Assembly (NCBI RefSeq): GCF_006345805.1 | Contig: NW_021834491.1 | Location: 1 to 60,014 of the forward strand | Direction: 5' to 3' | Length of the DNA stretch: 60,014 nucleotides | From: Octopus sinensis | Taxonomy: Eukaryota | Shown: piece after piece, positions 37,433-51,085 of the stretch | Numbering within the stretch: position 1 is the first letter of the stretch | How the letters are laid out: the number at the start of each line of letters is the position of its first letter | The notes under the pieces: model-generated | The model's database searches: none | What the model was told of the DNA's origin: nothing | What the model saw: only the letters and a program-made list of their open reading frames with translations | Made by a program: the position numbers and the translations under genes

Positions 37433-37435
<3 letters not shown>
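37273..37435 (+). mobile_element. Diverged SINE A 5' half
   Basis: AGGCGCAGGA...GAGTTCGGTT...CTTGGGAAA...ATAGCCTCGGACCGACCA..CCTTGTGAATGAATTTGG. Confidence 0.7.
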
Positions 37436-37523
<88 letters not shown>

Positions 37524-38610
37524 GCAACAGTCCCTACATATATACCTACATACATACATGAATACATACATGCATACATACATATGTACGTACATACATA
37601 CATATATACATACATGCGTACATGCATGCATACATACATACATACATAATACATGCATACATACATACATACATACATACATACATACATACATACATAC
37701 ATACGTGCATACAAACAAAAGCTCGTATAGTTAAATATGTACATTCAAAGCTAAGAAGCACAATTTTTTCTTCTCGGAGTTTTATATTACAAGAAACTCG
37801 GACAAGACAAGATCTGACAGAACTGCGCGTCAACTTGGGTAAATGTATAAAAATTATACCCCAAATATTCAGTATATTTGTATAGTCTCGTTTGTACAAT
37901 TAGATATCTTTCTTTCTACTCCTTTTTCTCTGATACTCATAAATTACCATGTGTCTGGTTTCGTATATTTGACCCCTGTAACAGTATGCAATAAAGTGTT
38001 CCCTGACGATACATTGCAGTTAAGCATCCTAATTCGCTTGGGACATCTAATGCTGAGTTCCAATTAACTACAATGGCGAAACGTACGTAGGAACAAAACA
38101 TCTATACTGGTGTTTGTCTTAATTTCCGCCACGTATGCTTTATATACAATAACTAGCGACATTGCTAAGTACAGTGGTTGACGAACCACTATATTGGAAG
38201 GCGAAAGGATAATGATAATTTATGTTGAGCTCAAACTCATACACTAGAAGCCTTACCTATAACTGTGCACAAATGATATATGAATGTACATGTATACAAA
38301 CAAACATATACAAACATGCTGAAATAAATGTAGGCAATAGAACATAAAGAGACGCTTGGATATAGATCTCCAATTATGAATACTCGCATATAAAGTTTTA
38401 TTACGACATACATACTAACCGTAAACCCTCCATCATAATATTCAAAATGGTTTGTTTTTATACTGAAAAAAAATCTACATACATCTATGTTGCCATACTT
38501 GATGTATGCATGTTTATTCGAATATATTTGGGTATCAGTATGTATATACACAAACACATACATACATAACGCATGCATAATGCATATATATATATTATAT
38601 ATATATATAT

Positions 38611-38645
<35 letters not shown>

Positions 38646-38651
38646 GATTAG

Positions 38652-38695
<44 letters not shown>

Positions 38696-38872
38696 AAGAC
38701 AATATAAATTTGAGCATGCTGATATACATACGTATCCACGTATATGTCTGTATATATACATAGCAACAGATCCACAGATATCCACACATAACATATATAC
38801 ATATATAAAAGGAATATATATATATCGTCTCTCTTACTCTCGCTATATTTTTCTTTGTCACTCTATCAGATA

Positions 38873-38933
38873 GAGAGAGACAAACAGACAGATAAAGATA
38901 GAGTCTATCTCTATCTGTCTGTTTGTCTCTCTC
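38873..38933. repeat. 29-bp fold-back hairpin with a 3-nt loop
   Basis: GAGAGAGACAAACAGACAGATAAAGATAG-AGT-CTATCTCTATCTGTCTGTTTGTCTCTCTC (1 mismatch). Confidence 0.9.
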
Positions 38934-39692
38934 ACTCTCTGTTCATATTATACATATGCCCATAGTTATAACATAAATAATATATATATATACGCACACA
39001 CACAGACACACACGCATTATTATTATATATATATATATATATATAAATATATATAGATATATACATACATATAGATAGATACATACATACCTAAATAATA
39101 TAACATACATACACACACACACGAACATATATACATACATACGTACATGCATGCATACATACATACGTGCATACATACATAAATGATACATATACATACA
39201 TCATATATACATACATATGCATACATACAACATACATACATACATACATACATACATACATACATACATACATACATACATACATACATACATACATGCA
39301 TACTTACATACATACATACAGATACATATGCATTACTTATATTATCACTCCTGTCTGCCTGCAATTCTGTCTGTCTGTCGTCTCCATCCGTGTCTCACCT
39401 TCTTTGTGTATTTGTGTTTGTGAGATGAGTGTATGTATGTGCAAGTATCTTTGTATACAGACACACGCAGACACATATATATACACATAGAAACATAGAA
39501 ACACACATAGATATATATATGTGTGTGTTTGTGTGTGCGTGTGTTTGTCTGTGAATACGTGTATGTGTGTCAATACATGTATGTGTGTGTATATATAAAT
39601 ATACATACATGCATACGTGTGTGCGTGTATGTAGTTGTGTGTTTTTGTGAGTGTATGTCTTGTGTGTGTGTGTGGTGTGTGTGTGTGTGTGT

Positions 39693-39753
<61 letters not shown>

Positions 39754-40128
39754 CTCGTTTTTATTAAGAACGATAACTCTGAAGATTTAATAGGAGTGCA
39801 TTTTTCATGAAACATTTGCAGCAACCAGCTTTAATTAAATATTTAGGGTTGTAAGGATAATTCAACTGAAAGTAAGGAAGAAAAATTGATTTTCTATCAA
39901 ACGGGGTCCTGACATAACATGCATTTACCACAGGAGGCCATGAAAAACTCTCGTAATCCAGCGTTGGCAATAAACTGTACCGCATTAGAGGATATAAAAA
40001 TAGAGCACTCTGTGGATTTGAAATGATAGAGTTATTTTGTCTCTTTGTTTGCTGGCTGGCTGGTTGGTTGGTTGGTAGGGAGAAGGGAGAGGAGTGCACG
40101 TGTATGTATGCGTGCTTTTAATATGTAT

Positions 40129-40163
<35 letters not shown>

Positions 40164-40184
40164 ATCACACATGCGTATACACAC

Positions 40185-40219
<35 letters not shown>

Positions 40220-40500
40220 CATACTTACATATATAGATGTATATATCTCTATATCTATCTACCTTCCTATACACACACATACACACGTATATATGTATGT
40301 CTATACACACATGCACACACGCGCACACACACACATACATGGATATATATATATATGTATACATACATGCATACACATATATATATATGTATTTATCTAT
40401 CTCTTTCTATACACACACATACGCACACATACACATATATATGTCTATACACAACATGTACACACATATATGTATGTATGTCTATACACAAAAACACACA

Positions 40501-40620
40501 CTCTCTCTCTTTCTCTCTCTTCATCTCTCTTTCTCTCTCTTCATCTCTCTTTCTCTCTCTTCATCTCTCTTTCTCTCTCTTCATCTCTCTTTCTCTCTCT
40601 TCATCTCTCTTTCTCTCTCT
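40501..40620. repeat. 20-bp minisatellite (CTCTCTCTTCATCTCTCTTT)n
   Basis: About 5 tandem units. Confidence 0.92.
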
Positions 40621-40836
40621 CTCTCCTTTCTCTCTCTTTCTTCCTCTCTTTCTCACTTTCTCTCTCTCTTTCTCCCTCACTCTCTCACACACACAGACAC
40701 TCAATCTCAAACACATGTGCAAATGTGAGTTGTTTTTTGTATGTATAAATTTATGTAACTATCCTTCTGTCGATGTGTAGATAAGAGTGTACGACATGCT
40801 GCTAACCTATCTATCTATCGATCTATCTATCTATCC

Positions 40837-40879
<43 letters not shown>

Positions 40880-40914
40880 CATCTATCTATCTATCTATCT
40901 ATCATCTATCTATC

Positions 40915-40953
<39 letters not shown>

Positions 40954-40954
40954 C

Positions 40955-40989
<35 letters not shown>

Positions 40990-41017
40990 CAATCTATCTA
41001 TCCATCTATCTATCTAA

Positions 41018-41049
<32 letters not shown>

Positions 41050-41077
41050 CTCTATCTATCTATCTATCTATCTATCC

Positions 41078-41135
<58 letters not shown>

Positions 41136-41165
41136 CATCTATCATCCATCTATCTATCTATCTAT

Positions 41166-41202
<37 letters not shown>

Positions 41203-41700
41203 AATCTATCTATCTACGCATGCATATACGTGTGTGCGTGTTGCTGGGTATATATAGATATATAAATATGCGTGCATGGTTACAAGTGTATACTTATATA
41301 TGTATGCATAATATGAATGCAAGTATGTATTTATGTGTATATATAATTTATATACAAATATATATTGGAGGCACACGCATGTTATATAGTTACACACATA
41401 TATTTATATTTGTTTATATATGTACACACACAGATATATATAGGTAAAATAGCACAAATAGAATGGGGGAAATAAGACAGTTGGGTGACGAGAGATGTTA
41501 CGACACTTCCAAAGGTGTTGGACAAAATGTAAATACAAGCAGCAAAATAAAATAGTTGAGCACAATGAAATCAACTAAGCGGAAACGTGAACATTTATGG
41601 ACGTATTATATATATATATATATATCTATATATATATATTATATATATATATATTTGTATGTATCATTATATATATTTATATATGTATATAAATACATAC

Positions 41701-41762
<62 letters not shown>

Positions 41763-41767
41763 TATAT

Positions 41768-41957
41768 GGGGGAGAATTCACAAAAAACAAAACATGAAGA
41801 CATGTGTGTTGTAGACAACAGACAGATGTATTACTTTAACGCTAGGGAAATGAAAAAGTCTATAACGTTCGAGCCTACGCTCTTCCACAGAAAGGAACAC
41901 AGAAAAAACAGGGAGAGAAAATAAAGAATGTGTAGTTGGCTAGCGATCTATCATGGC
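41768..41957 (-). mobile_element. Second copy of the ~215-bp hammerhead-like element, flanked by TA/TACA repeats
   Basis: Minus strand: GCCATGATAGATCG...CTTT-CTGTGGA-A-GAGC(GTAG)GCTC-GAACGTT...TTCTCCC; same termini as 13674-13891. Confidence 0.8.
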
Positions 41958-41970
41958 ATACATACATACA

Positions 41971-42001
<31 letters not shown>

Positions 42002-42047
42002 CATACATACAATATACATATACATATATACATAACATACATACATA

Positions 42048-42085
<38 letters not shown>

Positions 42086-42134
42086 ATATATATCTATATA
42101 TATATATACACGCACATATGTTTATATATATATA

Positions 42135-42548
42135 ATCTCCTCTACAAGCCAGCCCCAAAAAACTCAACTCGTCCTGTCGAAAGACCCTTGTCCTACGTCC
42201 TGGTTTTGTTTTTATCCTTACCATTATTGTTTTTACGTTTTTGTATTCTTATTGGTGCTTTCCTTATTGTTTTCACGTATTTTGAGATTCTTATTCGTGT
42301 ACATCGTCCGTTTTCCGTCCTTGTGTTGTATACATTCGAGGCTTTCTTCCAAGGGATCTAATGCGCTTGGCTTAGATTTCCCTTGGTGGCTGCCCAGGTC
42401 GGAGCAATCTCAAGATTAATCAGCCGAAATTGCGAAGATGATCCGGTTCTTGACTGATGACTGAGGGCTTCGAATGTCCCGTCCTGTGGTTCTTGTGTCG
42501 TCTTCTAAGTGTTTCACGTTCTTGTCCCAGTTTGTATATATTTTTTAC

Positions 42549-42555
<7 letters not shown>
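42135..42555 (+). mobile_element. Unclassified ~420-bp insert in a (TA)n/(CA)n tract, possibly a PLE terminal repeat
   Basis: Unique T-rich block between microsatellites; contains CTGATGA followed by GGGC..GTCCC, but GAAA is missing. Confidence 0.35.
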
Positions 42556-42605
<50 letters not shown>

Positions 42606-42615
42606 GTATATATAT

Positions 42616-43483
42616 AGGCGTAATTGTGTAGTAAGAGGTTTGTTTCTCAGGCACATGCATCTTGATTCATTTCCACTGCGTTATATTTTGGGCAACTGCC
42701 TTTTACTATAGCCTCGCGTAAGCCAAAGCCTTTTGAGTGTATTTAGTAGAGAGAAACTGAAAGAAGACAGTCGTATAGATACATACATACAGACATATAT
42801 ATATATATATATAACTAATGTAGGATAAAATTTTTTTCGGGAAAAAATTTTTATCAATGGCCAAAAAACACATTTAAAGGTTAAATTTATAAATAATTTA
42901 CAAAATAACGGCAAAAGAAAAATTCTAATGCCAAATATGCCGAAAAAGACAAAAATTGTTAATAACCATTATGATTCATGCGTCTCGAAACAAACCGATA
43001 GAAATTTCTAAAAAATCCGTTATTACCGTATTGGTCCCAATTTCGGGGTTAATTCATAAGAATTTTCCCCTCTTCAGCGATAAATACGTGAGATATAAGT
43101 GAAATACTTACTCATACCCATAGAAAAAGCAAGTACTAAGTCCTGAGCAGACCTAAGTACCCCAAATATATCCAAAATAGAAAAATATATATGTATATAT
43201 ATGCATATATATATGTGTCTAAACATATATATATGTAAATATACATACATATATATGTATATCTATCTATATGTTATATATGTGTGTATGTCATTGTGTC
43301 TGTGTTTGTCGGCCACCACCCCATGACAACCGGTGTAGATGTGATTATGTCCCTGTAACTTAGCAGCTTGGAAAGCAGGACTGATAGAACAAGCATAAGC
43401 TTATGAATATTCTGGGGTAGATTCGTTCGGCTAAAATACCAACATGGCAGCGATCGAATGACTGAATCGAGTAAGTGATAAAG
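42616..43483 (+). mobile_element. Diverged SINE A pieces (5' half 42616-42777; 3' half 43295-43483)
   Basis: Degenerate head, GAAACTGAAAGAAGAC.GTCGTAT, and GACAACCGG...GTAACTTAGC...AATGACTGAA. Confidence 0.7.
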
Positions 43484-43491
43484 GATTTTAC

Positions 43492-43524
<33 letters not shown>

Positions 43525-44164
43525 AATATACATATACATACATATATATATATATGCTAAACCCTTAATTGCTTAGTATTACTTAAATTTTCCTCGAATG
43601 GGGCTTTTACATGCCGAAGACTACTTGGTGTAATTGATAATTATTCCAAATTAATTAATTTCACCCTTCATTGTTACTGATAACCATATCATCCCAGTAA
43701 ATGACCACAGCACTTTGTCTTGGCTACACGGGGGTGGGAAGGGACTGGTGACACCAAACTTTCATTCAAACTTTGAATTTGGTGATACTGGCTGTGGCTT
43801 CTAGCTCGCTGTGATACTGAGTTGAGTTGGTGCCTTCTAGTATCTCAAAATTCAATATACAATCATTCATGATTGTTCGCATCCTGCGCTGATGAGAGAA
43901 GAAGTATGGGTAGGTCGAATATCTAATTCTTATGCTTTCCTAAGACTTGATCTCGAACGTACGTCCGTAGGTGACTTAAAACTGTATGATAGATTGCCGT
44001 TAATTCATTCTCTCTTACCTGTTTGTGTTCGCCTTTCAAATGCTGTGTTTTTGCTGAGATCTCCCTTTTAGTAGAAGAAATAGCTATAATCTCTTTGACT
44101 GCTATTTCTAATTCGGTGTGCGGTAAGGCAATTCGTTGCTAAACCCTTAATGTGCTTAGTATTA

Positions 44165-44235
<71 letters not shown>

Positions 44236-44237
<2 letters not shown>

Positions 44238-44575
44238 GTGTATAATGGCAGGGCAAGACTGCTAGGCAGTGGGCCGTATGCTAGAAATAGATCATCAACG
44301 ATCAAACTACAAAGAAAGTTCTCTAGAGGAAAAATTCAGCGAACACCAGAACCATATATATTCAAAATGTGACCGCGTGTGTACTGTTGGTGATTTTTTT
44401 CCTCCGTCTTCCCATCTCTGGATCTTTCCTTCTCCTATGTTTCCTAAGAAGAGCTCTGCTCGAAACGTTAAACCCTCCTTCTTTCCTTCTTTCCTGAACG
44501 TCCAATAATACTATATTTGTTCTACGTCCTCGCGTTGTTGTGTTCTTTTGTGCTTTCTTGTTTGGATTAACTATA
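44236..44575 (+). mobile_element. Insert in (TA)n carrying a degenerate hammerhead-like motif (44439-44473)
   Basis: GTTT-CCTAAGA-A-GAGC(TCT)GCTC-GAA-ACGT-T-AAAC; stems I, II and III pair but the core deviates from CUGANGA. Confidence 0.6.
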
Positions 44576-44729
44576 TATATACATACATACATATACATAC
44601 ATACATACATACATACATACATACATACATACATGTATGTATATATACACACACACACACACATTAATACTATTGAACATTGGGAGGGGCATAATACCGG
44701 TAATAATATATATACATATACACACAATT

Positions 44730-45400
44730 AAAAAAGCCGCAACTAGTTTCATTTTGTAGAGATACAATAGTTTGATAGATTTATATAACATGCCAAGTGT
44801 ATCTAAACAATCTTTCAGGTTTCAGTGCATACCATTGGACCTACTTGAATACCAGGACGCTGATCTATGAGAAGACAAGAAAAAAAAGAATGGAAGAACA
44901 CTAAGGAGGTTTATGCAAATGTGAAACGAGAAGAAGAGTAGGAAAACCAAATCTTTGTTCCGTTTGTCTATAAAATCAAATAATCTAGCTGGTGTAGAAT
45001 AATATAACGGAGAGGAGACCAAAGTCTGTGGGATAGCAACTGAATCTGAAGAGAGTGGTGTCCTCCAGTCTAACAAAAGGAACTTGCATTTACTATACAT
45101 TTCGGGCCTACAATTAAATAGTGTGTTGGAATTCTTAGATTTAAAAAGAAAATGCAACCTTTTAGTTACGCATAACATGCATCTCTGATCCGTTTATATA
45201 TGGCGTAGATTTCTCCACAATTCTCCACTTGATTGTATGTGGTATACAGTTGGTATTCAGATCGCATACAAAGCAAAAGGACTTTATGGCTTTACTTTTA
45301 TCAAAGTGGTGGAGAGAGGCCGTGGGATTTGTATAGTAGTTTTTCAAATTGACTTCGCATCAACCGGTAACAACCACACTTTAAATAAGTACTATTTTAG
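44730..45400 (-). pseudogene. Penelope-like element 3' part (GIY-YIG C-terminal region + 3' UTR)
   Basis: HTIKWRIVEKSTPYINGS...LCVTKRLHFLF...TLFNCRPEMYSKC..KFLL matches the PLE C-terminus (IxWxIxxKAxPYxxxxKxCxLCLxEK...LLNxRxE..KCRH..KFLL). Confidence 0.78.
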
Positions 45401-45677
45401 ATTTGATCAACTAAATCTTTGAATGCGGTACTCCAGCATGATCCGCAGTGCAGTATGAGAATCAAAATGGAAATGTATACCCAAACCCACCAGTAGCCCG
45501 CCACATACGTGCACACACACACACACACACACACACACTGATACACACACAAACACATACATATATACATATATATACATATGTATATACGTGTATATAT
45601 CTATACTAGCCATCACCGTATTTGTCTATACCTGTATATCTATATTTGTGTGTGTATATATATACGTATATATATAT

Positions 45678-45710
<33 letters not shown>

Positions 45711-45887
45711 ATATATATATACACGTATATAATAGAGTTGTAATTCAATACGCGAGTGTGTGTAAGTGTATGTGTGTGGGTGGGTGAGCGTGGTGCACAA
45801 TGATTGAAAGTGAAAGTAGCACATTAAACATAAATGAAAACGTGCGTACAGCCGGAACTACAGGAATAAGAGGAAGGGAAAGAGATT

Positions 45888-45925
<38 letters not shown>

Positions 45926-46385
45926 GAGGGCGAGAGAGAGAGAGAGAGGGTGAAAGAAGGAAAGAGGGAAGGAGGGAGAGAGAAGAAGAACGAGAGAGGG
46001 GAGAGTGAGAGATGTAAAAAGAATATGCAACTTTTAAAGGGAAACAAAATTCTACAGTCGACTTCAGAACAATTGGTTTGAACGAGTGCGATTGAATATA
46101 ATGGTGCATAAAGAACTTCTGGTAAAAGTCTGCAGAGGAAACTATTAAAAGAGTTATTGAAGAACTAAATCAATCAGATTGAACTGATATTAACCATTAA
46201 TTATATATTGTTTGTTTGTCTTTGCATAAAAATTTCTACTTAACTTTTTAAAGTTCCTACTTTCATTATATATATGTATATGTGTGTGTGGTGTGTGTCT
46301 GTGTGTGTGTGGATGGATAATGTATATATATAATATATATGTATACAGATATATGTACATATATATATTATATATATATATATTA

Positions 46386-46463
<78 letters not shown>

Positions 46464-47166
46464 TATATTATATATATATATATATATAACGCTAACTCTG
46501 ATGAGCGCAGGATTACATAATCGGATTGTAACCTAACACTCCGTTGAACCTTGGTGCTAAACCGACTGATAAGATCAGCCGCAATGGATATCTAATACTG
46601 TAAATTTCGCTTAATACACACACACACAAACATACACAGGCACACACACAAACACACACACATATACACACATATGTATGTAATCATGTATGTTTGTATG
46701 GATGGAAGTATTAATGGATAGATGAATGTGTTCTTGAGAAACAGCAGTGAGAACTTTTAAAGGGTTCCAATATCTCACGAACGTATTTGGACTGGTTTTT
46801 AATTTCGTTTACTTCCAAACACTTCGCCTATCTACGCACAAATTTGTTTCGTCGTGGTGATCGATATGCGCTGTATATGACTAATATCGACTTGCCCCTT
46901 GGAGTCAAGAGTTTGAAACACGTGTCCGTCAGTCCAACAGATGGTGGTTTAATCTGACTACGTTAGTTTAGCAACGTTTTTTTTTTGTCTCAAGCAATTT
47001 TTTTATGGCAAACTGCAGTTTGGACATCATTTGGACAATGACGGCCTTCAGTGAAGCTATGGTAGGGATTTGTCACAATGTCAATTAGTCTCCCCTTTTA
47101 TGGCAGTAATTATCGTTTCTGAATATCACCAAGAAGTGCGTGCTCATAATAAAAATAATATTGGAA

Positions 47167-47539
47167 GCACTCCGTCGGTTACGACGACGAGGGTTCCGGT
47201 TGATCCGATCAACGGAACAGCCTGCTCGTGAAATTAACGTGTAAGTGGCTGAGCATTCCACAGACACGTGTACCCTTAACGTAGTTCTCGGGGATATTCA
47301 GCGTGACACAGAGAGTGACAAGGCCGGCCCTTTGAAATACAGGTACAACAGAAACAGGAAGTAAAAGAAAGTTGTGGTGAAAGAGTACAGCAGGGATTAC
47401 CACCATCCCCTGCCGGAGCCTCATGGAGCTTTAGGTGTTTTCGCTCAATAAACACTCACAACGCCTGGTCTGGGAATCGAAACCGCGATCCTACGACCGC
47501 GAGTCCGCTGCCCTAACCACTGGGCCATTGCGCCTCCAC
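47167..47539 (-). mobile_element. SINE with a tRNA head, a different middle, and the same tail as 12658-12960; 12-bp TSD
   Basis: A box TGGCCCAGTGG, B box GGTTTCGATTCC; tail GTACCTGTATTTCAAAG...CCGACGGAGTGC; AAAAATAATATT at 47151-47162 and 47540-47551. Confidence 0.9.
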
Positions 47540-47566
47540 AAAAATAATATTAGTTATTGATAAAAG

Positions 47567-47770
47567 CAACGAGCTGGCAGAATCGTTAGCCCGCCGGGCA
47601 AAATGCTTCACAGCATTTTGTTCGTCTTTCCGTTCTGAGTTCAAATTCCACTGAGGTCAACTTTGTCTTTTTTTCCTTTTGTAGTCGAAAAAATGAGCAA
47701 CAGTCGAGCACTGGGGTCGATGTAATCGACTTATTGCCCGAAATTGCTGGTCTTGTCCCAAAATTTGAAA
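47567..47770 (+). mobile_element. SINE B1
   Basis: GAGCTGGCAGAATCGTTAG...GAGTTCAAATTCC...CACTGGGGTCGATGTAATCGAC. Confidence 0.85.
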
Positions 47771-47781
47771 CATACATACAT

Positions 47782-47835
<54 letters not shown>

Positions 47836-47849
47836 ACACATATATATAT

Positions 47850-47960
47850 TTCTTTCATTTGTTTCAGTCACTTGACTGCAGACATGCTGGAGCACCACCT
47901 TTAGTCGAACAAATCGAACCCAGGACTTATTCTATCGGTCCCTTTTGCTGAACCGCTAAG
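47850..47960 (-). mobile_element. SINE A 3' fragment
   Basis: GTTTCAGTCACTTGACTGCAGACATGCTGGAGCACC...GAACCGCTAAG. Confidence 0.85.
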
Positions 47961-48699
47961 TTTTATATATAATATAAGCAAAAAATCAATATAAGACTTA
48001 ATTTATTAAACCAAGTCCAATCAATTACATCAGATAAATGAAATGAAGTAGATTAGATGTTCAAATGGATTATCCTTTCCTTTCATAATCTTAGAGAATT
48101 GTTTCTGACAAAAAGGACCCGGATTTCCATAAAGAGAACACCGTAAAGATCGAATTTGTACTCTTCAGTAGGTGAGATTTAAAGGAAAATAAACAAAACG
48201 ACGTTTTAAATATACATCGATTTTTTTTCTTAGTTATCATTATTATAGAGGTATTAGTATATTCATTCTTCCACTTACGATAATTTGAATCAAGACATTA
48301 GAAATCTATCGAAAAAAATTCTATTAAAGGACGAAGATATATTGATCCAGATGAATATGTATGTATGTATACATATATGTATGCATATATATATATGTAT
48401 GTATGTATGTATTTATGTATGTATGTATGTATGTATGTATGTATGTATGTATGTATGTATGTATGTATGTATGTATATATGTATGTATATATGTATGTAT
48501 GTATGTATATATACATACATATGTATATGTATGTATGTATATATACATGCATACATATACGCATATGCATACACACGCATACACATATTGCTGGTCTTGT
48601 GACAAAATTTGAAACCAGTATTAGTTTTTGATTAATGTTATATTTTTCCTTATTTTTTGTTTTAATATTTCTATGGGTCCCGGAACTTATAAAGCTGGA

Positions 48700-48930
48700 G
48701 TGTAACCGGTTTTCCTGGCGTATATGTGATTGAGATTACAACTCTCCTTCTTTCTTGAATGGCAGGCTGTTCAGTCGCAGGGTTAACACCGCAGAGATTA
48801 CTGGAACTCACTAAAGGCTGAGCAACGTGAAACGAAGTGTTTTGTATGAGAACATAACGCGTCACCTGGGCCTGGGAATCGAAACCACGATCTTACGTTC
48901 GTGAATGCAACCTCCTTAACCACTGCACCA
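48700..48930 (-). mobile_element. Diverged SINE C (30036-type)
   Basis: GGGAATCGAAACCACGATCTTAC...TTAACCACT head; GAGCAACGTGAAA central domain; GTCGCAGGGTTAA tail motif. Confidence 0.65.
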
Positions 48931-49505
48931 CAGAATCCTACATGCAGGCGGCATCTCTGAGGCAGATCGTGTTTATCAGTCACCTGGATGTGTTATCGAG
49001 TAATATACAAATTAACGAGGGAACTTCTCGATGGCCACTCTGTCTGTTAGGAATAGCAGTCAAATCAGGCTCAAATCACACTTACATTCTTAGAAAATAA
49101 CAAATTGCGTAATAGGGTCCTGAATTACCTGTACACAGGGGAGAAACCATACGAGATAGTCATGGCTGGAATATCTTTAGCAATAGGTTTGCTCAATCTG
49201 GGCTGATCTAGGGTTAAAGAGCAATAGTAAGAATGACATAATAGTGTACATTTTGCAATTAATGTACTACGAGACTGGTACACAACGGGAGTCAGAGAGA
49301 GAGAGAGAGAGAGAGAGAAAGAAAGAGAGAGGAGAGAGAAAGAGAGCGAGAAAGGGAGAAAGGGAGGGAGGGAGAGAGGAGGGTGAGAAAGAGAGGGAGG
49401 GGAGAATAAGACAGAGAGAAAGAATGGTAGAGAGAGAAAGAGAGAGATAGTGATAGATAGATAGAGATAGATAGATCTATATAATAGATAGATAGATAGA
49501 TAGAC

Positions 49506-49547
<42 letters not shown>

Positions 49548-49596
49548 TACTATAATCATATATATACATATATATACATATATATATGATACGACA

Positions 49597-49642
<46 letters not shown>

Positions 49643-49660
49643 ATATATATATATTATATG

Positions 49661-49698
<38 letters not shown>

Positions 49699-50660
49699 GA
49701 ATGTCCTATTATGTATTCATTGAGGCTGAATGATGAAACTCTAAATTTTCGAACTTTCCGTTGTCATACCACCAATGATATCTGCTAAATTACTAACTCA
49801 CCTCTCCAAAACGAATTTAGATCAAGGCTAGAAATATCTTCAAACATTGCGTTAATTAATTAATCTCTCAATTGTAAATTAATTAATATCTAAAGAAACA
49901 GTCCAAGTACTTATACGCAACGTCGAGCGTCAGTAAAGTCTTGGGTTTCCTATGGTGATCCAAAAGAGATATGCACTGGAATGGTAAAGCATCACTTACG
50001 CTTGACCTCTGAAATGATCTGAGGTCAAGTCTGAAAGCAATGAAGCACTTGTTATTTATATAGTGTTCCCGCTGCTAGGCTATTGAAAGTTAAATATTCA
50101 AAGTAACCTTCGGCTCTAAACCGGGCCCTACTCGTTTGTTGATTGCGTTGATTTTAAATGACGTCATAGTTAAAGACAACGATATTGTTCCCCTTCAGCA
50201 TTTATTCATATAGATACAGGTAATTGATAATTGATGCTACAATGTCGATAAAGAGACATTAACCACTGTGATTTATATAGACATTTTATTTAACTAACAA
50301 ATAACTCAAAATAAGACATTTTTATTCATAAACTATATAAAAGGAATGTGTGGAGTCAGTTAGTACAAGGGAGATAATCAGTTCTTCATAAAATTGGGCG
50401 GAATTAGAAGTTTGTATTTGAAATTTTGGAACAAGGGCGAACAAGCATTGAATATCCTTATTTAATTTGTTTTGCTTACTCATTAAAATGTTCTCAACAT
50501 TTCTAGCCAGTGGTAATCCCATATAGTACTATTTCATTCTTTTTGGAAATCCTCAGCATGACATTACCCAACATTTTATGAAGTGAGACATTTCTTATAG
50601 AAAAAAGAATAGTTACTGAAAAGCATTTACAGAATATATTTGCTTTTTCTCTTTCCTTAT

Positions 50661-51078
50661 TTACTCTTTTTACTCTCTCTTTTACTTGTTTCAGTCATTT
50701 GACTGCGCCCATGCTGGAGTACCGCCTTTAGTCGAGCAAATCGACCCCAGGACTTATTCTTTGTAAGCCTAGTACTTATTCTATCGGTCTCTTTTGCCGA
50801 ACCGCTAAGTTACGGGGACAAAAACACACCAGTATCGGTTGTCAAGCGATGTTGGGAGGACAAACATAGACACACAAACATATACACACACATACATATA
50901 TACATACATATATACGATAGGCTTCTTTCAGTTTCCGTCTACCAAATTCACTCACAAGGCTTCGGTTGGCCCGAGACTATAGTAGAAGACACTTGACCAA
51001 GGTTCCACGCAGTGGGACAGAATACGGAACCATGTGGTTGGTAAGCAAGCTACTTACCACACAACCACTCCTGCACCT
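50661..51078 (-). mobile_element. SINE family A, full length
   Basis: Complete tail-to-head match. Confidence 0.92.
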
Positions 51079-51085
51079 ATATATT

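Noticed and set aside
38053-38096. GTTCC...GGCGAAACGTACGTA-GGAAC (palindromic stem III and stem I-like pairing)
   Set aside because: No CUGANGA core between the stem I strand and GAAA.
46498-46560. CTGATGAGCGC as a hammerhead core
   Set aside because: No downstream stem II partner or GAAA.
46800-46960. Minus-frame KSILVIYSAYRSP resembling an AP-endonuclease motif
   Set aside because: Isolated short match with no flanking endonuclease motifs.
50158-50167. Perfect CRE palindrome ATGACGTCAT
   Set aside because: A single short motif is not distinguishable from chance without promoter context.
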